From contig CAXXSM010000053.1 of the NCBI GenBank assembly GCA_963663405.2, forward strand, positions 194,568 to 258,567: a stretch of 64,000 bases of DNA. Reading direction: 5' to 3'. This document shows, piece by piece, positions 9,881-19,498 of the stretch (the first letter of the stretch is position 1; each line of letters starts with the position of its first letter). Source of the stretch: a bacterium (GTDB lineage Bacteria > Hinthialibacterota > Hinthialibacteria > Hinthialibacterales > Hinthialibacteraceae). The translations under genes were made by a program, and so were the position numbers. The notes beneath the pieces are model-generated. The model was not told the DNA's origin. It did no database searches and was given only the letters and a program-made list of their open reading frames with translations.

Positions 9881-10951
9881 ATGAAGGCAGCAGTAATCAC
9901 ATCCTTATGGATCGCCGCAGCTTGCTTAACAACGTTGAGTGGAGACATCGAGGTTGAACGAATTGCAGGCCCCGAATATGCAGGCGCCTACAAACACCCC
10001 GCGTCAATTACGGAACTACAGAACGGCGATCTATACGCCGCGTATTATGGCGGTTCGGGAGAATACGGAACGGATACAGCGGTCTATGGTCTTCGGAAAA
10101 AACAGGGTGAAGACAAATGGTCATCCCCCTCAATCATCGCGGACACACCGGACCGGTCCGAGGGCAATCCTGTCGTCTGGCAGGCGCCGGATGGACTCGT
10201 CTGGCTTTTCTATGTCAACCGGTATGGCGACACATGGTCTTCATCGCGGGTCAAAGCCAAAATTTCTAACGATGGCGCGCTGTCATGGTCCGATTCTTTC
10301 ATGCTGACATTTGAAAAGGGAACAATGGTGCGTGGACAACCGATCCTGCTGAATGATGGAGATTATCTTCTGCCCTTGTATTATGAAACGGGCGATGACA
10401 CGGAAATGTCGGCCCCCAGCACCTGTTCGTTTTTTATGCGCTACAATCCAAAAACGAAATCGTGGAAGCAAACAAACCGAATTCGCTCTTCGATGGGAAA
10501 TCTCCAAGCGCAGGCCGCGCAAATCACGGATGATTATGTAATCTGTTATCTCCGGCGGGGCGGTAATTTCGAACCGACAGATGACGGTTATCTCTTGCGC
10601 GCTGAATCGCATGATGGTGGCTGCACGTGGAGTGAAGCGGTAAAAACACAGTTTCCCAATCCCAATGCAGCGGTGGATTTCATCAAATTGAAAAATGGAC
10701 ATCTACTGTTGGTCTATAATGACAATATGAATGAACGCACTCCACTCACCGTGGCGATTTCCACGGATCACGGTAAGACTTTTCCTTACAAACGGAATAT
10801 CCAGGATGGGGATAACACCTTCGCCTACCCCTACGCGATTCAAACGCGTGATGAAAAAATCCACATCGTTTACACCACCGATGAACGCACGGTTGTCATG
10901 CAGGCTGTCTTTGATGAAACCGCGATTCTTAAAAGTCCTTCACAAGAATAA
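9881..10951 (+). CDS. Secreted sialidase-family (BNR/Asp-box) beta-propeller protein
   Basis: Signal peptide; Asp boxes SNDGALSW, SHDGGCTW, STDHGKTF; FPNPNA; ERTPLTVAIS; FAYP. Confidence 0.88.
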   Translation: MKAAVITSLWIAAACLTTLSGDIEVERIAGPEYAGAYKHPASITELQNGDLYAAYYGGSGEYGTDTAVYGLRKKQGEDKWSSPSIIADTPDRSEGNPVVWQAPDGLVWLFYVNRYGDTWSSSRVKAKISNDGALSWSDSFMLTFEKGTMVRGQPILLNDGDYLLPLYYETGDDTEMSAPSTCSFFMRYNPKTKSWKQTNRIRSSMGNLQAQAAQITDDYVICYLRRGGNFEPTDDGYLLRAESHDGGCTWSEAVKTQFPNPNAAVDFIKLKNGHLLLVYNDNMNERTPLTVAISTDHGKTFPYKRNIQDGDNTFAYPYAIQTRDEKIHIVYTTDERTVVMQAVFDETAILKSPSQE

Positions 10952-11171
10952 ATTGCATGAATTATCCGCTGAAGTGCTTGGATTCTAGGCTCAGAGACAG
11001 TACATTAATTAAAACAGACGTTCCGCAGTAACGAAACGGCCAACGTTTACCGCACGATATGGAGTGGTTGAATTTCCATCGATCGATAACGACCGCGCAA
11101 CATACGTATACCGTTTCGCCATCTTGATTGGAATGTCGAGAATGGATCGCAGGAAGAAAAGAAAGGAATCC

Positions 11172-12380
11172 ATGATGAAAAAAAAATCGGCCCCTAAACA
11201 ATCCGCCGTCCGCTCCCTAGGTCTTTCCACTCGCGCGGTCCACGCGGCGGAGCCGAGAAGAAAATACGCGGATTCAATGACGACTCCGATCGTGCAAACC
11301 TCTACGTTTACATTCGAAAGCAGTCAACAGATTGAGAATTATACAAAAAAAGGTAAAGAGCATTTTGAATACGGCCGGTATGGCAATCCAACGGTTCAAG
11401 TCACCGAACGGCGCCTCGCCAATCTCGAAGGCGCCGAAGACTGCCTTTTGTTTACATCCGGGATGAGCGCCATTACGACCACGATCCTTTCCTTAGTGAA
11501 ATCGGGCGATCATATTGTCATTACAGATGATAGTTATAAAAAGACACTCGATTTTTGTAATTCGTATTTAAAGCAGTTTGGAATTGACTGCACAATCGTC
11601 CCATTCGGAAACTATGAAGTTTTAGAGAAGTCTATCCAAGACAACACGCGATTCATCTTTTCCGAATCGCCGACCAATCCATATTTGAACATATTTGATT
11701 TAGTCAAAATTAAGGAAATCGCGGAAAAATTTAATGTGCTTACACTCATTGACAGCACGTTCAGCACACCTTTGAACCAACGCCCTATCGAATTCGGGAT
11801 GGACATTGTACTTCATAGCGCGACGAAATATCTGGCGGGTCACAATGATATTCTCGCCGGCGCTGTTCTGGGGAAGAGAGAACTTGTCGACCCAATCCGA
11901 AATCTCCACAAAGCGATGGGTGGGGTGATCGACCCGCATTGCTGTTACCTGCTCCTGCGAGGCCTCAAGACGTTTCCGTTGCGGGTCGCCAAGCAAAATG
12001 AAACCGCCCTGAAGATCGCTCACTATCTTGAAGAACACAAACGCGTGAAGCGTGTCTACTATCCGTTCCTCGAAAGTCACCCCCATTACAATGTGGCGAT
12101 CGAACAGATGACGGGAGGTGGGGGCGTTGTCTCGTTTGATATTAAAGGCACGCTGAAAACATCCAAACAATTCATGGACGCATTGGAATTGTGTTACATC
12201 GGACCCAGCTTAGGGGGCGTCGAAACATTAATCACGCATCCCGCTATGGTCAGTTATTACGACTACACAAGACAAGAACGCTACAAACTCGGTATCAGCG
12301 ACACACTCTTCCGCCTTGCCGTCGGCATCGAAGACGCGGACGATTTAATCAATGATCTAGAAAAAGGATTCAGCGCGTAA
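11172..12380 (+). CDS. PLP-dependent Cys/Met metabolism enzyme (cystathionine gamma-synthase/lyase family)
   Basis: YGRYGNPT, SGMSA, ESPTNP, DSTF, SATKYLAGHND (PLP Lys), SLGGVETL, RLAVGIED. AAAGGA RBS before the ATG at 11172. Confidence 0.93.
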   Translation: MMKKKSAPKQSAVRSLGLSTRAVHAAEPRRKYADSMTTPIVQTSTFTFESSQQIENYTKKGKEHFEYGRYGNPTVQVTERRLANLEGAEDCLLFTSGMSAITTTILSLVKSGDHIVITDDSYKKTLDFCNSYLKQFGIDCTIVPFGNYEVLEKSIQDNTRFIFSESPTNPYLNIFDLVKIKEIAEKFNVLTLIDSTFSTPLNQRPIEFGMDIVLHSATKYLAGHNDILAGAVLGKRELVDPIRNLHKAMGGVIDPHCCYLLLRGLKTFPLRVAKQNETALKIAHYLEEHKRVKRVYYPFLESHPHYNVAIEQMTGGGGVVSFDIKGTLKTSKQFMDALELCYIGPSLGGVETLITHPAMVSYYDYTRQERYKLGISDTLFRLAVGIEDADDLINDLEKGFSA

Positions 12381-12405
12381 CTTACATTTAAACAATATAA
12401 AAGAA

Positions 12406-12435
12406 GTCGGGTGGGTCGCGCTTTATCGACCCACC
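12406..12435. repeat. REP-like palindrome (family A variant) between convergent genes
   Basis: gtcg-ggtgggtcg-cgctttat-cgacccacc with a perfect 9-bp stem. Confidence 0.6.
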
Positions 12436-12463
12436 GGGAATGCCGCGTTGAAATAGTATCCAA

Positions 12464-14548
12464 TCACCCAACTGCCGGAACAGCCCCCCACGGTTCAATC
12501 TGTTTCAGTTTCTTCTTTTCTAATTCACGATACACATCCGGCATATCGAATTTTTCCAATACATTCGGGATCAACGCGGAAAGTGGCCATTTATAGAATT
12601 CAGTCACCGCGATCTCTGTGTAAGACGTCAGAGCATTCTTCAATGTAACCTGCGTGACGAGATCCGAAAGCAGGGAAGTGAACGCCGCCGGGAGGGCGCC
12701 CCAACCTCTGCCGATGATATGAACTTCCGCATGGCCAACGCCTTTCAACCAATCCAATACACGCAGCGCGTCCCGCGTCTTCTGCCCTACATACGGATCG
12801 TCCAGCATGAGCGAATGCGCCGCGTAAAAATAGTCACAGCCATACGGCTGCAGATAATCCGAACCGCAGGTGTTCGGGATGGATTCCCCAATACCACGCA
12901 CATCACACGCGTAAAACGCGGATTCCGGTTCCGCGCCGATGATTTCCCGAATCAGTGGCTCTTCCCGCAGTTCCCTGTCGCTCGAATGATGGGCGATGTA
13001 TAGAATCGCCCGTTTCGCGCCTTTAGGGGGGCGGGAATAGTGTGATTCCTCAGTGAGAAGTGTGACTAGCGCGTGAATCCCGCGCTCTGTATTGACGGCG
13101 TATGTGGCCGAATTCGGTTTGGGATACCGGCGGGAGCGGGAAGGGCGCAGGATGCGGTATTCGGGAATTCCCCGGTTAGGCGTGAGTTTGAGCGTCTCTG
13201 TCACGGCGTCCCGCAACGCGGCTCCGCGCAGGGTGGAGCGAGTGTTTGCGAGTGTTTCCGCTTTCTCTTTTGTGAATGAGAAAATTGTCCGTGAGTCCAA
13301 TTCACACACTTGGCCTTTTGGCGTACACCAGAGCGTTTCGTCTTCTTCGATTGTAATTTCAGGCTCGGATTGCACATCGGAAACACCTGTCGCGCGATTG
13401 AACCATCGATACATCGCCTCGCGGTTTTCTTGTGTATATCCGTGGTAAGAGGGGCCGATGAATAATTGAATATTCTCTTCCGCGCCGAGAAGCCGGTATA
13501 AGCGGCGCAGGCGTTCATACGTTTCTTCGACGCCACGGGCGTCGAAATAGTCTTTTTCTTTCGCCAAAATAATGACGGGTTTCGGCGCCATCGCCGCCAG
13601 AAAATCATCATGATCCAGGCCCAGCGCCAATACTTTGGGAGGGCACTGTTCGGTGTCCGCGGGCAGTTCGTTTTCCATATTACGCCGGAACGTAATGACA
13701 AAACAACTCGGTGCGGCCATTGTCCAGCGGCGCTCGACGCCACAGAGCCACGTCGTCATCGTGCCTCCACCGGAATTGCCGGTTACGCCGATATGCTTTG
13801 GATCCACTTCCTCGCGGGTGAGCAGATAATCGAGCGCGCGCACTCCATCCCAAGCCCGCCAGGCGCCGAAAAATTCACCCACTAGATATTGCTGATTCCC
13901 ACCGTGTAGATGTTCCAATACACCGGGACTAAGTTTTGATTGCAGATCATCGTTTGGATATTGCAGGCGTTCTCCCTGACTGATCGGATCGTAGAGGAGT
14001 ACAGCGTAACCCATCCGCGCCAAGCCCTGCGCGAATGATTGGTACGATTCATACGCTTTTCCGTTGGCGGAATGTCCGCAGGTACCCACTACGCCGGGGA
14101 CGGGAAATGTCCGGCCCTTGGGTAGGTATAAATTCGCCGTGACATAAAATTTAGGGCGGCTCTCAAAAATGATTTTCTCAATCGTATAGGTATCCCGTTC
14201 GACAACGCCGGTAACGCGGGGATTGAGAGGCGTTTTCTCTGGGAATGGGCCGAAACTTTGCCGGATTTTTTCTTGAATCGACTGTACGTACGCTTCAGCG
14301 TCAGCCCGTGTTTGCAACGCCGCTTTGGTTTGCAGGCTTCTGCGTTCAGCGCGCCGAACACGCTGCGTAAAATATTCCTGGACCATCCGTGGAAAGCGGT
14401 TCAATGGTTCAAGCGCGCGGCCGGCCGCTTCTCCCGCCATGACGGTGTTCGATCCCAACCATTCCGTTACGGTCAATCCAAAAATGGAAAGCCCACTCAG
14501 TTCGAGAAACAGCCGCCGGTTGACCGGTTCTGATTGTTTTCGTTTCAT
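12464..14548 (-). CDS. Tat-exported tandem alpha/beta-hydrolase (acetyl xylan esterase-like)
   Basis: NRRLFLEL Tat motif; CGHS; DPISQGER; GNSGGG nucleophile elbow; second degenerate hydrolase domain (DVRGIGES). Confidence 0.85.
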   Translation of the reverse strand: MKRKQSEPVNRRLFLELSGLSIFGLTVTEWLGSNTVMAGEAAGRALEPLNRFPRMVQEYFTQRVRRAERRSLQTKAALQTRADAEAYVQSIQEKIRQSFGPFPEKTPLNPRVTGVVERDTYTIEKIIFESRPKFYVTANLYLPKGRTFPVPGVVGTCGHSANGKAYESYQSFAQGLARMGYAVLLYDPISQGERLQYPNDDLQSKLSPGVLEHLHGGNQQYLVGEFFGAWRAWDGVRALDYLLTREEVDPKHIGVTGNSGGGTMTTWLCGVERRWTMAAPSCFVITFRRNMENELPADTEQCPPKVLALGLDHDDFLAAMAPKPVIILAKEKDYFDARGVEETYERLRRLYRLLGAEENIQLFIGPSYHGYTQENREAMYRWFNRATGVSDVQSEPEITIEEDETLWCTPKGQVCELDSRTIFSFTKEKAETLANTRSTLRGAALRDAVTETLKLTPNRGIPEYRILRPSRSRRYPKPNSATYAVNTERGIHALVTLLTEESHYSRPPKGAKRAILYIAHHSSDRELREEPLIREIIGAEPESAFYACDVRGIGESIPNTCGSDYLQPYGCDYFYAAHSLMLDDPYVGQKTRDALRVLDWLKGVGHAEVHIIGRGWGALPAAFTSLLSDLVTQVTLKNALTSYTEIAVTEFYKWPLSALIPNVLEKFDMPDVYRELEKKKLKQIEPWGAVPAVG

Positions 14549-14643
14549 CTTGTATATACCCCACGATCGTCAAGATAATACCATCGTACGGCAAGACGAG
14601 GCAGAAAACAATGCGGAAGGAATAGAATGCAGGCGCTTTGTTT

Positions 14644-17600
14644 CTACTTCAATTCTTGGAAATTCCGTACGCTGGAACCTTTCAGCGTATTGCTGGGTGA
14701 TATCACATCGAGATAGAAATCATACGCCTCTTCTTCTCCATCTGAATAGATCACCAAAACACGGATAGGGCCGCCCTTGGTGTCTTGGGGTACCGCCCAG
14801 CGCAAGAGTCCGGTTTCACTGCAGGTCAATCCATCCGGTCCTTCCAATAATGCAAAGGCGGGGGCGCCGTTTGGATCATAGACTTCGATCTGATGCTGAT
14901 AGGTTGTATCTTCCACCGCGCTCAATGAGGGAGAGGAGAGTATATGATTTGTGGAATTCTCGGATGCCGGTAATTCGTAGGCGTAACGGGCTTTGATCGT
15001 AAAGGATTCATCGATGGTTTCTGTAAGCGTCCCCTGGACGTAGATAGACCGTTCGAGTTTGACCGTGTGTACGCCTTCTTGCTCAGAGGTTGGCGTCCAT
15101 TGCATGAATCCATTTGATTCCTGAACCGTCATTCCCTCCGGTCCATTAAGGAGTGTCCATTTCATCTCGATTCCATTTTGAAAATGCCGTTCACAATCGC
15201 TGAATTTGGGCATGTATACATACTCGACGCCAATCCGCGCATACGGATAGGGAGCGCTGATTAGAACGGGCGGTGTACTGCCATCCGCGGCGTGGGGAAC
15301 CACCCGGAGAACGGTTTCCGGATGGGAGAATTTCGTTTCTTCGCTGATCGCGAGTACTGTAACAAGATAGGGAACGCCGTTCGTCATGTCCGTGATGGTG
15401 AGTTGATGATTCTCTCTGCCGTATACACTATACTCGCCTTCAAAATGACCCAGGTCATCTTGTTCTGTCCATCGGACGGCGTAGCCTGCGACAGTGGGAT
15501 CGGTGGACGGTTCCCATTCGACAGTGAAATGCCGATCCCCACATGCGACTGCGATTCCAGTGACCGCCGCCGGGGCATCTGGATCGCTGATGAAAATCCG
15601 CTCTTCTGAATAATCCCAAACCATCCCAAATTGGCCGTCGGATATGCCGGCTGCAACGTAATAGTAGCCAGCGGGAACGGATAGAGCTGTAGTGTCGAAG
15701 GTGTGTGAATTGATCTCACCTTCTTCTGGATAGGCTCCGATTATATACCCGGCGCCTTCCGTCCGGTCTGGATCGAGATAGACGAAAACCGAAGCGTTGT
15801 CGTCTGGATCGTGACAATCCCATGTGACAGTACACTCGTTAGCTTGTCCGGTGAATTCCACGGACAGCAATTCAATTTCGGCGGGATTCCCCATGACAAG
15901 GGCTTCAACCGTGAAATTGCCAAGCTGTTCTTCATTGCTGACGGTGATGATGTAATCTCCAGCGGCTGGACTGTCTATCGTAAAGTAGCCTTCACGGGCG
16001 GCCGGTTTGAGAGTGGAATACCCGATAACTTCCGAAAATCCATCCGGCAGGAATCCATCAGTAAAATTCAAGATGGTTCTGTCTGGAAGCGTCAACGTCA
16101 TGGCGAGAGCGGCGCCATCTTCATTTTCATAATTCAACCGGAAAATCACCGCCGGCGCCCCTTCGGGAACGTGCAGCGTGGTTACGGTTTCACCGGCTGG
16201 AGAAACTTGAAATGGTTTCATGCCGTTCCCTGTCGTCGACGCGTCGACCCGGTTCCAGTTATCCATAAAAGAGAGGATGGCGATTGGTTTCTTCTCTTCT
16301 ACGCTCATCGGTTTTGAAGATTTCTGTTGGCGCCAATGGGCGTAAGGCGTTAAAGATCCTGTAGGTTCTTCTAAAATGTATGGCTGATTGTAGGGGATTT
16401 CCCATGAATTGAGGGGTTGGGCCAATTGTTTCCATCCCCCCTCAAATTCCACTCCGCTTGTTCCAAAACGAATCAATGCGCTCGCGTACCAGAGTAAAAA
16501 ATCCGCCCGCGCGTAAATGAAATCTTGGGTGACTCGTCCATCGATCCCGGCTAATTCATTTCCGCCGACAATTGGAATCGCATCGGGAATTTGGATGTGC
16601 GCGGATATGCCGCCGTGGAACAATGTGTCCCACACGCGGGCCTCTTCGGGAGTATCGCATAAACCTATGTTGGTGTCTTGCCAATTATTCAGCGCGTTTT
16701 GAACGCATTCATCATCAAAGTGATCCAGATCGTCGTACGCGGACGCCGGCGTCATAGGGCATAGACTCGTGACAAACTGGGTTCGCCAACTGCCGCCTGA
16801 GAGCGTTCCTTCAATTTTAATCACACCAGGAATTAGATAATTACAGACGCTGTAAAGGAACATATTCGGAAACTGGTATGTGATCTGACTGTCGCTGAGT
16901 TCAAAAAATCCAAAGAATTTTGAGGAGGAAAAAATGGAAATGTAGATGGGCCAAGGTTTAACTTTTCCTCCGGCGGTCACTTCCACAATCGCAATACCAT
17001 CCACCGCAGGCAAGACGGTTAATGTCAGGGAGCCTTCCAAATAAAAGGACGCCAATCGTTCTAATTCCTCCAGGTCGATCATGATATCGCCTATACTGAT
17101 ATCGATCGATTGGAGAAATACAATATCCATTCCATCAATATTTTGATCCAGGCCGGAAGCGGCGATCCGGAATTTTTTCAAACCAGAATACGCCATCCCA
17201 CGATCCTGCAGTTTGCCGACTTCGAGTTCTGTATCAATCCCGGGTGAAGAATCGTCGTCCAAGCCGGGAACGCCGGATAACTGCGCGAGATGAATCCCGC
17301 CTCCGACATGAAGATAAAAAGCCGGATCGGTCGCCAATTGAAATGTGACACCCGTTAGACTGCCTACCCCTTCAAGGATCAAATCGGGGAGTTGAAGATC
17401 GATTTCAGAAAATCCAACATTTTCTCCATCAAAATAAACCGTTAATTGCTCTTCGATCGGCTGATAAACGCTTGCTCCAGGTTTGGTGGGATCGCTATCT
17501 GAGGCCATGGCGAAGATTTGAGGCAGACGAAGCGTTGAGGTTAAATACAATTTTCCATCATGGATATCAATGGCGCCACCAAGAAACGAGAAATCCAGTC

Positions 17601-17892
17601 CATATGAACGGAATGGTTCACTCCCTTCCGCGTGAGTCAACCGGCCGTCGCTGATTGTGGCGTTGGTAAAAACCAACCTATCCAAAAGAGCAAAATGTCC
17701 ATCTATTCCATATCCATCCACTTCAAGTTTGCTGTAAGTGTTATCGGGCAGATCGATGTTCCCAGTTAACAAATCCGAAAATGATATTGATTGGGCGCCG
17801 GCGTGTCCACATAAAAAGGAAACAGTGGATAACGTGATCATGGTAAGGAATTGTATTAATTTATTCCTAAATAAATAGCGTGAGGTAAACAT
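14644..17892 (-). CDS. Large secreted protein with FN3 and Ig/cadherin-like domains
   Basis: Signal ending AGA-Q; beta-rich N-terminal half; FN3 (APAAVTG...VEWEPS...GYAVRW...YLVTVLA); two GPEGMTV/GPDGLTC..W Ig repeats; tail SSVRNFQELK. Confidence 0.8.
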   Translation of the reverse strand: MFTSRYLFRNKLIQFLTMITLSTVSFLCGHAGAQSISFSDLLTGNIDLPDNTYSKLEVDGYGIDGHFALLDRLVFTNATISDGRLTHAEGSEPFRSYGLDFSFLGGAIDIHDGKLYLTSTLRLPQIFAMASDSDPTKPGASVYQPIEEQLTVYFDGENVGFSEIDLQLPDLILEGVGSLTGVTFQLATDPAFYLHVGGGIHLAQLSGVPGLDDDSSPGIDTELEVGKLQDRGMAYSGLKKFRIAASGLDQNIDGMDIVFLQSIDISIGDIMIDLEELERLASFYLEGSLTLTVLPAVDGIAIVEVTAGGKVKPWPIYISIFSSSKFFGFFELSDSQITYQFPNMFLYSVCNYLIPGVIKIEGTLSGGSWRTQFVTSLCPMTPASAYDDLDHFDDECVQNALNNWQDTNIGLCDTPEEARVWDTLFHGGISAHIQIPDAIPIVGGNELAGIDGRVTQDFIYARADFLLWYASALIRFGTSGVEFEGGWKQLAQPLNSWEIPYNQPYILEEPTGSLTPYAHWRQQKSSKPMSVEEKKPIAILSFMDNWNRVDASTTGNGMKPFQVSPAGETVTTLHVPEGAPAVIFRLNYENEDGAALAMTLTLPDRTILNFTDGFLPDGFSEVIGYSTLKPAAREGYFTIDSPAAGDYIITVSNEEQLGNFTVEALVMGNPAEIELLSVEFTGQANECTVTWDCHDPDDNASVFVYLDPDRTEGAGYIIGAYPEEGEINSHTFDTTALSVPAGYYYVAAGISDGQFGMVWDYSEERIFISDPDAPAAVTGIAVACGDRHFTVEWEPSTDPTVAGYAVRWTEQDDLGHFEGEYSVYGRENHQLTITDMTNGVPYLVTVLAISEETKFSHPETVLRVVPHAADGSTPPVLISAPYPYARIGVEYVYMPKFSDCERHFQNGIEMKWTLLNGPEGMTVQESNGFMQWTPTSEQEGVHTVKLERSIYVQGTLTETIDESFTIKARYAYELPASENSTNHILSSPSLSAVEDTTYQHQIEVYDPNGAPAFALLEGPDGLTCSETGLLRWAVPQDTKGGPIRVLVIYSDGEEEAYDFYLDVISPSNTLKGSSVRNFQELK

Positions 17893-18415
17893 TTTGATCC
17901 TCCATTTTTCATAGATTCACAATCGGATTTGAATTTCACAGTATATAAGTAAAGTGTTTCAATCTCTGTTTATAGATGGGAACGGCGCAATGGTTTGATA
18001 TTGCGTCTATTCTCTTCCATATAACACGCGATATCCAGCTACCCTTGCTGAAGGACAAAGGAGATACAGTGGAATGACAGTTGATTGATTGTGTTCATGT
18101 TATACTAACAATAAGATTTTGTAAATACTAAAAAAAAATAAAAACGGTAAAATTGAAGGTTATAACAATTCTATTTTGTCGTCAGTATTGAATGGGTTGC
18201 TATTTGAGTATATCGGTTGGTTTATTCTTATGGGGCCGTTTTTATATCTTTGTTAAATTAATGAATGTCCATCGTAAAGAAATATGATACTATACGCGTA
18301 TCCACTCTTTGAATGAAATGATATGTTTACATTTTATGAAGTTATTGATTATAATATGTAATATCTTGGGATTAACTTTTTGTGTTGAATGGATGGTTGA
18401 CTGGAGTGTTTTTAG

Positions 18416-19387
18416 ATGGAAGAAAATAGATTATTTGGCTTGTTTTGGCTGCGGAATGAAGGGCCGTTTGCTCTAGTGGATATCGGTGATCTTCAACGTT
18501 GGACTTCTGACTGTGGCCCCTATTGGATCGATCTGGATCGAGACGCCGAAATTACAGAGCGCTGGTTATACGGCGAATCCGGTCTCGATTCCATTGTGTG
18601 TGACGCGCTGCTGGCGGATGACACGCGCCCCCGGCGGGAAATGTTTGACGAAGGCGTGATGGTGATCCTGCGCGGCGTGAATCTGACCGGTGAAGAAGAA
18701 ATTGGGGAGATGATTTCACTGCGTATGTGGTTTGATTCAAACCGGGTCATTACAGTACGCCGGCATGAATTAAAATCCCTTATCAAACTGCGCAAATCGA
18801 TCTTACGTGGCCGGGGCCCTAAAACTCCCCAGGATTTCTTGGTTATTCTTGTTGAGACGTTATGTGATTTGACTGAACCGGTGATCGATGATTTGACAGA
18901 TGCTGTCGATGGATTGGAAGACCGGATCCTTGATGAGGAATTGGAGGGTTTAAAAGAGGATATCGCCTCATCTTGGCGCAAGGCGATCGCGTTGAAGCGT
19001 TATTTGGTCCCTCAGCGGGAAACGATATCAAAACTCGCCGCCGATACATTATCCTGGATGGATTCGCGGGATTGCGCCCAACTACGGGAATCGTTCGACC
19101 GGATAAAGCGTTTTACAGAAGACCTGGATCTGGCCTGCGATCACGCGAAAATCGCGCAGGATCAACTCATCAACCTGCATAGCGAGCGAACAAATAAAGC
19201 GATGTATATTCTGACTGTCGTCGCGGCGATCTTTTTACCACTCTCATTTATAACGGGACTGCTGGGGATCAACGTCGGTGGTATTCCAGGGGCGCATCAT
19301 CCTTTGGGATTCCTTAGCGTCGTTGTGATCCTAATTGGCATTACAGGGTTGGAATTGCTTTTGTTTCGCTGGATCAAGTTTTTCTGA
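18416..19387 (+). CDS. zntB: Zinc/magnesium transporter, ZntB/CorA family
   Basis: DTRPR, ILRGVN, ISLRMW, RYLVPQRE, FLPLSFITGLLGINVGGIPG (GIN signature), two C-terminal TMs. Confidence 0.9.
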   Translation: MEENRLFGLFWLRNEGPFALVDIGDLQRWTSDCGPYWIDLDRDAEITERWLYGESGLDSIVCDALLADDTRPRREMFDEGVMVILRGVNLTGEEEIGEMISLRMWFDSNRVITVRRHELKSLIKLRKSILRGRGPKTPQDFLVILVETLCDLTEPVIDDLTDAVDGLEDRILDEELEGLKEDIASSWRKAIALKRYLVPQRETISKLAADTLSWMDSRDCAQLRESFDRIKRFTEDLDLACDHAKIAQDQLINLHSERTNKAMYILTVVAAIFLPLSFITGLLGINVGGIPGAHHPLGFLSVVVILIGITGLELLLFRWIKFF

Positions 19388-19498
19388 ACGGTTGCGTGTG
19401 ATCAGATTCTCCAAAAAATAGTTGACAGAATCACGTCTTGTAAGAACAATTAGTTAATATATAAAACTTAAATTTAGTGACGGGAAATCCTTAGTCAA

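Noticed and set aside
10960-11170. Possible SAM riboswitch upstream of the Cys/Met PLP enzyme
   Set aside because: I could not find the SAM-I core elements or a terminator hairpin by eye; an Rfam scan would settle it.
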